From NCBI GenBank assembly GCA_951406725.2, contig OX597828.1, positions 71,424,001 to 71,488,000 of the forward strand: a stretch of DNA of 64,000 bases, in the 5' to 3' direction. Origin of the DNA: Octopus vulgaris (Eukaryota). A program made the translations under genes and the position numbers. This document shows positions 13,639 to 24,480 of the stretch, in pieces. The number at the start of each line of letters is the position of its first letter. Within the stretch, counting starts at the first letter, position 1. Below the pieces are notes generated by a model. The model was not told the origin of the DNA, did no database searches, and saw only the letters and a list, made by a program, of their open reading frames with translations.

Positions 13639-14001
13639 ATGGACAACAGCATTTCATATATCTCGAGTATCAGAGGCAAGGAAAAAGCTTGCAACAACGG
13701 CTATGTCTATGGGTTCGACAAGAGAAGCAAGCTGGACAACCAGCTGTTCTTTTACTTATGCGAGAGACAAAGATACGAGCAATGTCCAGCGAGGATCCAT
13801 GTGAAACACGACACGGTGGTCAAACGCATGCATCTACACAACCATGTTCCGAACAGACCAAGGAAAAAAACCTTGAAAATAGCTTCTGGGATCAGAAGTC
13901 ATGCGGCCGTGGCCGCGGCGGACCCGATGATGAATGCCATCGTGGCAAACAGGACAACCAATATACCACCAGCCTCTCTTGCAGCAGCAATGAGACCAAA
14001 T
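13639..14001 (+). CDS. Cassette exon 3: FLYWCH zinc finger plus Ala-rich linker (121 aa), probable phase-0 donor
   Basis: SIRGKEKACNNGYVYGFDK..FFYLCERQRYEQCPARIHV..HNH. In-frame TAA at 13618. Ends AAT|GTAGGT. An alternative phase-1 donor TAG|GTACAA lies 4 nt downstream. Confidence 0.78.
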
Positions 14002-14124
14002 GTAGGTACAACCGTTTACTTTGCCTGTTCATCTACATATAGAAACCCCCCCCCCATATATATAAGAAAAAAACACTTTCTTGAAATGTATCCGGTACTT
14101 TCGGTACCTATACCGAAGTTACGC

Positions 14125-14174
<50 letters not shown>

Positions 14175-14324
14175 TCAATAATAATATAGGGTGAAATCAA
14201 TTAATTTGGAGTAATCATTAATTTCACCAAGTAGATTTATTCGGTGTGTGGTGAGGCAAATCGTTGCTAAACCCTTAATTACTTAGTATATATATATATA
14301 TAATGTCTTTTTGTTGAGATAGAC

Positions 14325-14515
14325 CAGTGCTTTTCAACCTTTTTGCTGGAACGGAACCCCAAGAAAACATTTCACAGGCTCGAGGAACCCCTGTGCAATA
14401 ATTTAATTGTCTTATCTGCACAGGAGAATTAAAAATTACTGTCGATTTTAGCATTTTTGTAACTTCTTGCGGAACCCCTGGACTGTCCTGGCAAAACCCT
14501 GGTTGAAAACCCCTG
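14325..14515. mobile_element. hAT (Charlie-like) MITE
   Basis: TIRs cagtgcttttcaacc / ggttgaaaacccctg. 8-bp TSD agatagac/atatagac (1 mismatch). Confidence 0.75.
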
Positions 14516-15023
14516 ATATAGACACACACGTACGCAGATGTGTTTATATATACATACATGTGCGTGCGGCTGTGGTGGTCTCTCTTGGCTGGGATATCGA
14601 TCGCTGGGAAAAGCGGCTGGGAAATGCTTTACATTGTGTGTGTGTGTGAACATTTTATATTGTCGAGAGAGATTCTTGGTCTTGGCATAACCGGTCTGGT
14701 TTTCTTTTAGAGTGTATCCTAGTTTTTCCTGACTTTATAGACTAACTGATCACACACGCGCACGCAAAGGTGTGTGTGTGCGTATATAATTTCATTTACG
14801 TACCTGGAAATTCTACGAACAAATTCTGTTCATCGTTTCAATATTAATATATATATATGTGTGTGTGTGTGCTTGTGTGTATATATACATGTATGTGTGC
14901 GCGCGAGTGTGTATGTGTATACGAGTTCCTTTTTATGTGTTCGTTTGTGAGTGCTTGCATCGACGTTACTCTGTATATATGAGTGTGTGTGTGTTTCGTT
15001 TTACATCCGTTTTTCCACAGTAG

Positions 15024-15059
<36 letters not shown>

Positions 15060-15075
15060 CATAACTTTATTAATA

Positions 15076-15774
15076 CAGTCAACTCTCGCGCTACTTTGCC
15101 AGTTTTGCGCGGTCCCGCTCAAATAATTAACAAAAGATTTTTTACTATGCCACCTTCAACTCTCGCTACTATGTCACTTGTAAACTGAAGCGCACGCAAC
15201 TTTTCGAAATTTTGTACATTTCATATTTGTAATCTTGTGGAAAAGTTCAGAAAGTGGCACACAATGTCAGCTCCGAAACGCAAGCGGACTGAGTTTACGC
15301 TGAAGGAAAAGAAGGAGATTATCGATGCAGCGAAAAACGAGCCGAACCAGTCTAAGCTGGCTAGAGACATGAGCAAGAAATGGGGCATCGAAGTGAAGAG
15401 GACCACGGTGAAGGGCATTCTCAACAGAAAGGATGCAATCGAGGCAGCCATCAACGTTGGAATTCCATGGAAGTGCACGAAGCTGACGCAATCTCACAAC
15501 CCGAAGCTCGATGATGGCGGGCTAATGTGGCTGAAACAAGCAAGAGGACAGAATCTGCCGGTCAGTGGTGATCTTTTGAAGGAGAACTTAATAAACTTGG
15601 AAGTCTTCTTTTTACCATTGCATTGAACTTCTTATTGGCCTTACTTCCTACCCTGTGAATTTTTATTCGTATGTTCAGTAAATTTTTGGTTATGTAGTGT
15701 TTAGATAACAGACCCTCGGTACTATGCCACTTTGGCTCAGTCCCGCAGGGTGACATAGTAGCGAGAGTTGACTG
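15076..15774 (+). mobile_element. Internally deleted Tigger/pogo DNA transposon
   Basis: TA|cagtcaactctcgc...gcgagagttgactg|TA TIRs with TA TSD. Repeated subterminal tactatg(c/t)cac motifs. Encodes a CENP-B-type HTH. Confidence 0.9.
15264..15626 (+). CDS. Truncated Tigger/pogo transposase: intact N-terminal HTH (psq/CENP-B-like) DNA-binding region, no DDE domain
   Basis: MSAPKRKRTEFTLKEKKEII..QSKLAR..RTTVKGILNRK..LDDGGLMWLKQARGQNLPVSGDLLKE. Possible phase-0 cryptic donor CCG|GTCAGT at 15560/15561. Confidence 0.65.
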   Translation: MSAPKRKRTEFTLKEKKEIIDAAKNEPNQSKLARDMSKKWGIEVKRTTVKGILNRKDAIEAAINVGIPWKCTKLTQSHNPKLDDGGLMWLKQARGQNLPVSGDLLKENLINLEVFFLPLH

Positions 15775-15858
15775 TAGTGACTTCGAATACCACTTTCAAG
15801 TGTGTGTATATTTTTATATGACTACGTGTATGTGTTATGCATGTGTGCATATATATGT

Positions 15859-15891
<33 letters not shown>

Positions 15892-16096
15892 ATATATATA
15901 TACGCACAGATGCGCACGTTCTCAAGCATATATATATGTGTGTGTGTGTGTGCTTGAGTATGTGCACATAAGTGTGTGTATAGCTTATTTAAAGCAACTT
16001 CAATAAGTCAGTTCTATATTTAAGAGACGAGGAATTATGTACATTATTTACATTATTTACATTTGATGGATATTTGTCCTCATCTTGTTTGTTGTT

Positions 16097-16142
16097 AACA
16101 CAACGTTTCGGCTGATATACCCTCCAGCCTTCATCAGGTGTC
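16097..16142 (-). ncRNA. Minimal type I hammerhead ribozyme motif (Penelope-type)
   Basis: Minus strand GACAC-CUGAUGA-a-GGCUG(gagggtatat)CAGCC-GAAAC-GUU-GUGUU: intact core, stems I and II, and a palindromic minimal stem III. Confidence 0.65.
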
Positions 16143-16161
16143 TTGGGGAAATTTCGAACCT

Positions 16162-16233
16162 GGCATATGGCGTAGTGGTTAAGAGCATGGACTACTAACC
16201 CCAAGATTCCGAGTTCGATTCCAGGCAGTGACC
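16162..16233 (+). mobile_element. tRNA-derived head (Pol III A and B boxes)
   Basis: TGGCGTAGTGG (A box) and GAGTTCGATTCC (B box), followed by (AAT)n. The acceptor stem does not pair well. Confidence 0.6.
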
Positions 16234-16328
16234 TGAATAATAATAATAATAATAATAACAATAATAATAATAATAACAACATCGAAAAATACCTTCGGAA
16301 TGAGAACCCTGGTTCGAAATTTCCCCAA

Positions 16329-16374
16329 GACACCTGATAAAGGCTGGAGGGTATACCAGCCGAAACGTTGTGTT
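16329..16374 (+). ncRNA. Second hammerhead motif, probably inactive (core CUGAUAA, G8A)
   Basis: gacac-ctgataa-aggctggagggtataccagcc-gaaacgttgtgtt. Confidence 0.5.
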
Positions 16375-17389
16375 AACAACAAACAAGATGAGGACAAATA
16401 TCTGTCAATTGTAAATAATGAACTTCAATAAGCCATGCAACGAGTAAAACTTTGAATTCACTGTCTGTAAAGTCATTTAAAAATTTTGGTGTCTGCATTT
16501 GTATTGTTTTCCATTTAGTTAATTCCTCCTCTTCCTCCTCCTCCTCCTCCTCATCATCATCATCAAGATGATCACCACCATCATCACTTTGCGTTTATTT
16601 TCCATTCTGGCATTGATTGGACTGTTCATTCTGGTTTGAGTCAGTTCTTATTTGGAGATACTGACCCCATAGATGGGTTGAAGAACAACATCTCACTTTG
16701 TTGTCTCACTTTTGATTTGGTTTCTATGTTTCTATGCCCTCTCTAAAACCAACAGCTTGATAGTGTGTATTTAGGCATATTTCCTCATGACAGCAACTCT
16801 AAGGATGTTACCTGGCCCTCAATAAGATCTGTCTTCTTTCAACTCTATATTTGTCTTTGTTCAGTTGGCCAGCCATTCTACACGGGGTACCAGGTGCTTT
16901 ATTTCATGTCACTAACATTTTGAGGTTACTTACAATACCAAAAAGCTTCCACAACCATGGTTCCAGGTTCATTTCTACTACATGGCACCTTCATCAAATG
17001 TCTTCTGCTATGATCCTAAGCAAATTAAGTATTTGTGAGTAGATTTGTGTGGGTCAGCCACAATTTGAAGAAGCAGATTTTTTTTCATGGCCAGATACTC
17101 TTCTTTCTATCACTTCTCACCCGATTCAAAGCAGGTAATACTTTTTTTTTTCTAGTTCAGACATGGTTGTAAATGGAAAATTGCAAACAAATGATACTGT
17201 TGTATAATGGGATTGAACCTGCAATCACTTGGTTGTGAAATGTAACACTTAACCATACAGCCATGACAGCACCTCTCTGTCTCTGTCTCTCTCTTTCTCT
17301 TACATACACGTTCTTTCTCTTTTCCTCCCTCATCTCTCTCTGTATATGTTTCTGGAATGTGAGGAAATATTTCTTTCATATTTTTGCAG

Positions 17390-17488
17390 AATGCTAACTA
17401 CGGCACCAGAAAGAAACTAAGCAAATCTTCAAGAGCAAAACCCATTTCTGACTTGGATCCTTTCAGTTCTGAAGTTAGTAAAGTAAAG
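17390..17488 (+). CDS. Internal micro-exon A (33 aa, phase 0/0)
   Basis: ttctttcatatttttgcag| NANYGTRKKLSKSSRAKPISDLDPFSSEVSKVK |gtaagc. 99 nt, open frame. Confidence 0.7.
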
Positions 17489-17675
17489 GTAAGCAAAAAT
17501 ATACGATATAGGTTAGGTGTGTGTGTGTGTGTGTAGGGGTGCAATGGGTTGTTGTTTTGACACAGTGAGTTGAGAGAAATTTGGCTGCTCTTTTTAGCGT
17601 ACTGAATAACTATGTAGGGGGTCTCCCTATTGTCTTGTGTTACAACTGGTTGATAACGAGTTGGGGTAGTTGACA

Positions 17676-18160
17676 GAAGATTGAGGTAGATGACTGAAGA
17701 CTGAGGTAGGTGACACTGTAGTAGATGACTAAAGTTTGTGGTAGATGACAGATTGTGGTAGATGCCTGGAGATTGAGGCTGATGACAGAAGATTGAAGTA
17801 GATGATAGAGAATTGGGATAAATAACTGAAGATTGAGATAGATGACAGAAGATTCTGTTAGTTGACTGAAGATTAAGGTAGAAGACAGAAGAATGAGATA
17901 GTTAACAGAAGATTGAGTTATATGACATAAGATTGAGGTAGATGACTGAAGATTGAGGTAGATGACTGAAGATTGAGGTAGATGACTGAAGACTGAAGTA
18001 GATGACTGAAGATTGAGGTAGATGACTGAAGATTGAGGTAGATGACTGAAGATTGTGGTAGATGACTGAAGATTGAGGTAGATGACTGAAGATTGTGGTA
18101 GATAGCAGAAAATTGAGGTAGGTGACTGACAATTGTTGTAGATGACTGAAGATTGAGATT
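17676..18160. repeat. 20-bp minisatellite (gatgactgaagattgaggta)n, roughly two dozen copies
   Basis: Direct tandem repeats, most homogeneous at 17930-18100. Confidence 0.95.
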
Positions 18161-18207
18161 GATAAAAAAAATGTGAGGAAACTGAAAATATTTCTAATAT
18201 ATTTCAG

Positions 18208-18324
18208 CAATATAGTCATTTCAACCGAAGAAAGAAAGTGACCAAATGTCCAAGAGTGGAAAATATAGAAATGTTGTCCACCCCTGTCGCGGCTCCCTTC
18301 ATTCATGAAGTCACTGAATTCAAG
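18208..18324 (+). CDS. Internal micro-exon B (39 aa, phase 0/0), paralogue of exon A
   Basis: tttctaatatatttcag| QYSHFNRRKKVTKCPRVENIEMLSTPVAAPFIHEVTEFK |gtaagc. 117 nt, open frame. Confidence 0.7.
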
Positions 18325-18464
18325 GTAAGCAAACAAATGTATAAGGTTTCGTTTTGTTGCTGTTTTTCTTTTTCACTCAGTTTACTTAGTGACCACCAAG
18401 GCAGTAGGGAACCTTCCCCCCTGTCTTCACTTGTCGTAATGTATGTATGTATACTAATCATATC

Positions 18465-18892
18465 TGTCAGGCACGTGGAAGAGAGTGTAATTCGGCAGGA
18501 GGACTTAAACGACATGCAAAGGTACATGAAGCCCAGTTACAACTACAGCCGGCTATTACCAGTAAAGGTCTTAGTTGCCAATTCTGTACAAGACATTGTA
18601 GATCTTTAGCTGGGCTAAAAAGTCACATTCGATCACAGCACCAGTAACAGTTAAGCTTCGTGCAATGGCCATACTCGATAACGAGGGGGGCAGCCATAAT
18701 GTATGTATGTATGTGTATATATGTATGTGTATATATACTACAGCCGGCTATTACCAGTAAAGGTTTTAGGTGCCAATTTTGTACAAGACGTAGATCTTTG
18801 GCTGGGCCAAAAAGTCACATTCGATCACAGCACCAGTAACAGTTAAGCTTCATGCAATGGCCATACTCGATAACGAGGGGGCAGCCATCATG
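18465..18892 (+). mobile_element. RTE-type LINE 3' end, locally duplicated
   Basis: C-terminal CQFCTRHCRSLAGLKSHIRSQH, then a short 3' UTR and (ATGT)n tail. 18542-18700 is repeated at 18738-18892. Confidence 0.65.
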
Positions 18893-21800
18893 TATAGTAT
18901 ACTATCTGTGTGTATGTATGGTATAGTATGTATGTATGTGTGTGCATGCGTACATATGTATGTATATATGTAAAATATAACCGGTGTGTATATGATGAGA
19001 ACACTAATTTATAATTATCACTCAGTGTCAGGACATTTGCATTGCATGGTATATTGGACTAATTGCTTCTGTTATAAACTTACATGTCCATATGAACGAA
19101 TGGTTCTTAACCTGGGTTGTAGTGTCCAGTTGTGGGCATTGTGGGATCACAAGATGGTAGCAAATGCCTAATGGGAACTGGATGTTTAGGCAAGTTGTGA
19201 ATGTTCTCAGAAACAAAATGTTTCAACTCAGTGGAATCCTTTTATTTTAAATATCAATAAAAAATCATTGGAAATTGTAGCTCTGATACCAGTGCCGGTG
19301 GCACGTAAAAGCACCTTCCGAACGTGGCCGATGCCAGCGCCACCTTGACTGGCTTCTGTGCCAGTGGCACATGACCTGCTGTGCTTGAGGAGACCTATTG
19401 AGTCAAGTACATCAACATCAAAATAAATATCAAATGGAAATTGTAGTTGTGATACCTGTGCCGGTGGCACGTAAAAGAACCATCTGAACATGGCCGTTGC
19501 CAGTGCCACCTCAACTGGCCTCTGTGCTGGTGGCACGTAAAAAGTACCAACTGATTGTGGCCGCTGCCAGCCTCGCCTGGCACGTAAAAAGCACCCACTA
19601 CACTCATGGAGTGGTTGGCGTTAGGAAGGGCATCCAGCTGTAGAAACACTGCCAGATCAGACTGGGCCTGGTGTAGCCTCCTGGCTTCCAAGACCACGGT
19701 CGAACCGTCCAACCCATGCTAGCATGGAAAGCGGACATTAAATGATGATGATATTACAAAAATAAAGCAGAAGTCTGTCAGGATTAGAATGTAAGTTAGA
19801 CATTGTGTTATCGGTGAGTAGAAACTTGACTGATGATGTGATAAGGTGTGTAACATCACTGCTTTAGTCCTCACTTTGATAATTTCTGTTAATAAATTCA
19901 ACATGGTGCCACTTGTCCTTGCAAATGTCGAAAAAGAGGCTCCTGTTTGAGGGTTTAACGAAACCACTCAGTGCAAAATTAGCTACTGTTAGGTTACGGT
20001 GATATCCATGTGAATGCCATTTGTTGAAAGACGGTGATGAGATACAGGAGAGAACCACCGTAGAAAGTATGATGGACTTAAAATGATATTGAATATCCTT
20101 ATAGAAATGATTCTTTTCTTGAAAACTGGTGGAAGTCTGTAAAGTGACTGAACAATTGTGTCCACCGATTAAATAAAACAAAGGGGAGGTGGTGGCAGTG
20201 CCGTTTTCAGGCATGGAAACCTAGAACAGTTGCTCGGGGGCCACACCACTCTAGGCACCCAGTTCTGATCTACGTACGAGAGTGGTTCTCAGCCATTTTT
20301 TGCCCATAGATCACTTTGATTCCCATTTTACTCTGCAAGATCGAAATAAACATTTGTTTTTTTTAAAACAGTCCCATTATATTTTCATAATTAAATATCA
20401 TTAGGACTTATATAAAAAAAATTTTTAATATTTTGTAGAAGTAAAACCAGTTTTTATTGCACATGAATTTTAACAGCAAAATCTTATGTAAACCCCAAGA
20501 AGAGCCATGTGGACAGCGTATATTGTATGCTGTCAATAAGTAAATAGTATGAGGCCTATAATCCTGTTAAGACTGCTCTGGGTGGTGGTGGTGGTCGTGA
20601 AATAGAAATGATTATTTCCACCTTCCGGCTGAATGTGTCTCTCCGTAGTTATGTCCCTTTATTTTCTCGCCAACTTCGATATTCGTAGTAAAAAAAAAAA
20701 TCAATAATACGAGATACCAGTCTTATACTGAGGATATAATTTATTGACTTTAGCTTTTAGCACTAGAATAGCTTCAATTTACAGTACTGATTAATGTTAT
20801 AAATGGAATCGCACATAATCTGATCGAAGAAATTCTTGCATATATGCAAACGTTGGGTGAGGATGCAGTTTCCAGTTTCAAAAACCAATTTATCATCGAT
20901 CTTTCACTTTGGGACATTAAACTGCTTTTAAAAAATATTTAAATAAATTTCATGACCGTCTCCAAGCACTTGATGTAGACCTCCATGTTGAGTCTGAAGC
21001 CGTATGTATGTATATATACATATAGGTGCATGTATATATATGTCAGGTCACTCTGACATATATATGTCAGAGCGACTGGTAACATGTAGCTCAGTACAAC
21101 CTGTTGCCTGGTTGGGCCATTGGCAAATAAACTTGCAATATTACAAATCCTGCTTGGTGAGTCAGGTGGTTTTTGAACACCTTGTAGGATGAAAAACAAG
21201 CCCTGTCAAAGGGTGGGACTTAAAAATGACCGGTTTGGTACCAATGAGCACATTTAACCTACCGAGGTGGGTTAGACTCTAATCCATGGCAAAAGCAAAT
21301 AACCCAGAAGATGAAGAACTCAAGTCGAAAAGCCTGAGGTATGTTGTTTGTTGAGTCTGTGGCAATAATTTGTACCAAATTCCTGCCATCTGCATTTCCA
21401 AAAAGTGTGGTTGGTCCTACACAAGCCTTCACCACTTGAAATAAATCATCTGTTGTGTGGTCTGACAGCTAGGCTGTTGGACTCTCTTATTTCATGAGGG
21501 TGATCGTTGACAGAGCGGCTAACCGGCTTCCGTGCCCATGGCACATAAGAGGGCACCATTCGAGTGTGATCGTTACCAATGTTGCCTTACTGGCACTTGT
21601 GCCCGTGCTAGTAGGGTGTCAAGAGCACCATCCGAGCATGATCGTTGCCAGAGCAGCCAACTGGCTTCCGTACCTGTGGCACGTAAAAGGGCACCATTCG
21701 AGCGTGATCGTTACCAACGTCGCCTTACTGGCACGTGTAAAAAGATTCGAGCGAGGTCGTTGCCAGTACCACCTGACTGGCCCCGTGCTGTTGGCACGTA

Positions 21801-22029
21801 AAAAGCACCCACTGCACTCTCGGAGTGGTTGGCGTTAGGAAGGGCATCCAGCTGTAGAAACTCTGCCAAATCAAGATTGGAGCCTGGTGCAGCCATCTGG
21901 TTCGCCAGCCCTCAGTCAAAATCGTCCAACCCATGCTAGCATGGAAGGTGGACGTTAAACGATGATGATAAGAAAATCCACCAAGTGTATGTACATACAT
22001 GCAAATATACACTCATGTATTGCTGAGAG

Positions 22030-22800
22030 TTATTGATCAAAATTGTGGCTGGAGCAAGATCCTAGCTAGATGGTATAAGGGGATATGATGCTGTAGACAG
22101 AACCATAAAAGGGAACAGTAAAGGGGGCAGTAGAGAGAAATACTAAGTTGTTACAAGAGAAGCTAGGGGTCAGATATACTTAGCGAGGGAAGAAACAGAA
22201 AGTAAGAGGTTTGCTCATGTTTTATGGCATGAGGATGAGGGAAGTGAGGTGTTGAGGATTGCAAGACAGTTTTTTTGGAAAAGATCAAGACATCATTAAG
22301 GGTTTGTAGGGGGAATTTTATTTAGAATGATTGTAGCATGCCCTTACCAATACTGAAAAGAAAGAGGCATGGAAGAAAGAGGACTTATGTCAAATAGACC
22401 CAACTAAGGGACTTTCCAGCCAAGTTGGTAGCAATATTGAAGACATGGCAATTAAGGATATGAAAGCAGGGAAGGCAGCTGAGGGGCTGAAAATATCTAA
22501 AAGGCTGGGTCATGTGCTAATCACATGTATAGTCAATCAGGTAGTATAGGAAATTGTCATACCTAATGACAGGTGTAGCAGTTCAGTTTTGTGCCAAGAA
22601 GGGTCACTACTGTTTCCCCTCTTGCATGACTAGAAGTAAGTTGATGTACCAAGCATTTGATGATCGAGTGGAGGCCTTTGACTGGGTTCCATGCTTTGTA
22701 AAGTGGTGGTCATTAAGAAAACCAAAAAAAAAATGCAAAGTAGTGGCTTGTGAGGGTCATCTGAGCCATCCATAGTGGTGTGAGTACAGTGATGAGTTAG
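22030..22800 (+). pseudogene. Highly decayed LINE ORF2 fragment
   Basis: Purine-rich, with remnants such as AIKDMKAGKAA and AFDDRV..W.P. Related sequence on the minus strand near 41640-41720 and 42150-42330. Confidence 0.5.
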
Positions 22801-22828
22801 CTGATAACAGACTACCAGAATGTAGTTT

Positions 22829-22854
<26 letters not shown>

Positions 22855-22861
<7 letters not shown>

Positions 22862-23165
22862 CTTGTTCCTTCTCGAGCCATGCCTGGCTCATAAAGGGCT
22901 GGTTTCCTGGTTTCATTGGTGTATAGGTTCCCCACCTGGACAGGATGCTGGTCCGTTGCAGGTGAACTGCTAGATGCTGGAGGAAAGAGTGAAAGAAAGT
23001 TGTGGTGGAAAGAGTCGGCAGAGGTTCGCCATTACCTTCTGCCGGAGACACGCGGAGCTTAGGTGTTTTGCTCATAAACATACACATCGCCTGGTCTGAG
23101 ATTTGAACCCGTGATCCCTCAACTGCAAGTCCACTGCTCTAACCATTAGGCCATGTGCCTCCACT
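22855..23165 (-). mobile_element. tRNA-derived SINE (family D)
   Basis: Minus-strand head gaggcacatggcctaatggttagagc...gggttcaaatctcagacc (A/B boxes) with (CAA)n tail. Related copies near 37285-37740, 38260-38500 and 61550-61740. Confidence 0.65.
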
Positions 23166-23999
23166 AGTTATATATATGTAATGACTTCAAATTTTGGCAC
23201 AAAGCCAGCAGGTTTGGGGAGGGAGTAAGTCGATTACATTGACCCCAATATGCAACTGGTACTTATTTTATCAAACCGCAAAAGAATGAAAGGCAAAGTC
23301 AACCTTGGCAGAATTTGAACTCAAAATGTGAAGACGGACGAAATGCTGCCAAGCATTTAACCTGGCGCCCTAATGATTCTTTTCTACTCTAGGTACAAGG
23401 CCTGAAATTTTGGGGGAAGGGGCCAGTCGATTAGATTGACCCTGGTATGCAACTGGTACTTAATTTATTGACCCCGAAAGGATGAAAGGCAAAGTCGACT
23501 TTGGTGGAATTTGAACTCAGAACATAAAGACAGGCGAAATACCGCTAAGCATTTCGCCCGATGTGCTAATGACTCTGCCAGCTCGCCACCTTAGTTATTT
23601 ATATAATGATATAATAATAATGAATTTATTGTATCAAAATAAATATCAAATGGAAATTGTAGTTACGATACCTGTGCCGGTGGCATGTAAAAAGCACCAT
23701 TTGAATGTGGCCGATGCCAGCGCCGCCTTGACTGGCTTCTGTGCCGATGGCACGTAAAAAGCACCAACCGATCGTGGCCGCTGCCAGCCTCCCCTGGCAC
23801 CTGTGCCAGTGGCACGTAAAAAGCACCTACTACACTCACGGAGTGGTTGGCGTTAGGAAGGGCATCCAGCTGTAGAAACTCTGCCAGATCAGACTGGGCC
23901 TGGCGCAGCCTTCTGGCTTCCCAGACCCCGGTTGAACCGTTCAACCCATGCTAGGATGGAAAACGGACGTTAAATGATGATGATGATGATATATATACT

Positions 24000-24480
24000 G
24001 TGCTCAGGTGCACCACAACTGATCAGAAAAGGTAGCCAAATGTGCATGTAGAGGACATAGAATAATGCACAGGAAGAGAACAGTAAATGAGTGGTTAAAA
24101 AAAGGAGTTGAGGAGATATCAGGTGTACTGTTGATGAGTTTCAGGAAGTGTGGAAGTTTTGAAGGATGTAGTGTCCTGACAGCTAACAACTGATTCAGGG
24201 AGTTTATTAAATTCTTCAGCAATTCCGAGTGTGAAAAAATGTTTCTGAAAGTTATGGTTCTTATGTTGTTTTTTGATTTTGTAAGCATGTCCATGAGCGC
24301 TAGACATATGGAATTCAGAAAGGTGCCCCCATGGTTGTTGTTATTGGAAAGATGGTGGATAATCTTGTGGGTGTCTACCATGTTAGTTACCACATGTCTG
24401 TGCCCAGGGAAGTAAGACATTCAGAGCATGGTAGATGCCTGATGGTGGGTATTTGTCTGGGTCCTAATTTCTAAACAGTT
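24000..24480 (-). pseudogene. CR1/L2-type LINE 3' fragment
   Basis: HGHAYKIKKQH..FFTLGIAEEFNKLPESVVS on the minus strand. The same tail (gtgctcaggtgcac.acaact) is seen at 558-580. Confidence 0.6.

Larger units (their letters stand above)
16008..16420. mobile_element. Penelope-like element end sequences in inverted arrangement around a tRNA-like head
   Basis: About 110-bp inverted arms (16052-16161 vs 16311-16420). 12-bp TSD aacttcaataag (15996-16007 and 16421-16432). Hammerhead cores in both arms. Confidence 0.7.

Noticed and set aside
16162-16233. Functional tRNA gene
   Set aside because: A and B boxes are present, but the acceptor stem pairs poorly, there is no T-run terminator, and it sits inside a TSD-flanked element.
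17676-18160. CRISPR-like regular repeats, and the 144-aa ORF 17902..18336(-)
   Set aside because: Head-to-tail 20-bp units with no unique spacers in eukaryotic DNA. The ORF is only the translated minisatellite.
18447-18647. Apparent C2H2 zinc-finger gene (CQFCTRHCRSLAGLKSHIRSQH); similar at 59078..59200
   Set aside because: Matches the C-terminal Cys/His motif of RTE-type LINE ORF2 and is followed by a LINE 3' UTR and microsatellite tail. No splice signals.
21286-21338. Short ATG-initiated exon MAKANNPEDEELKSKSL with GAG|GTATGT donor
   Set aside because: Phase 2, no recognisable domain, and it lies in sequence resembling a retroelement 5' region. Unsupported.
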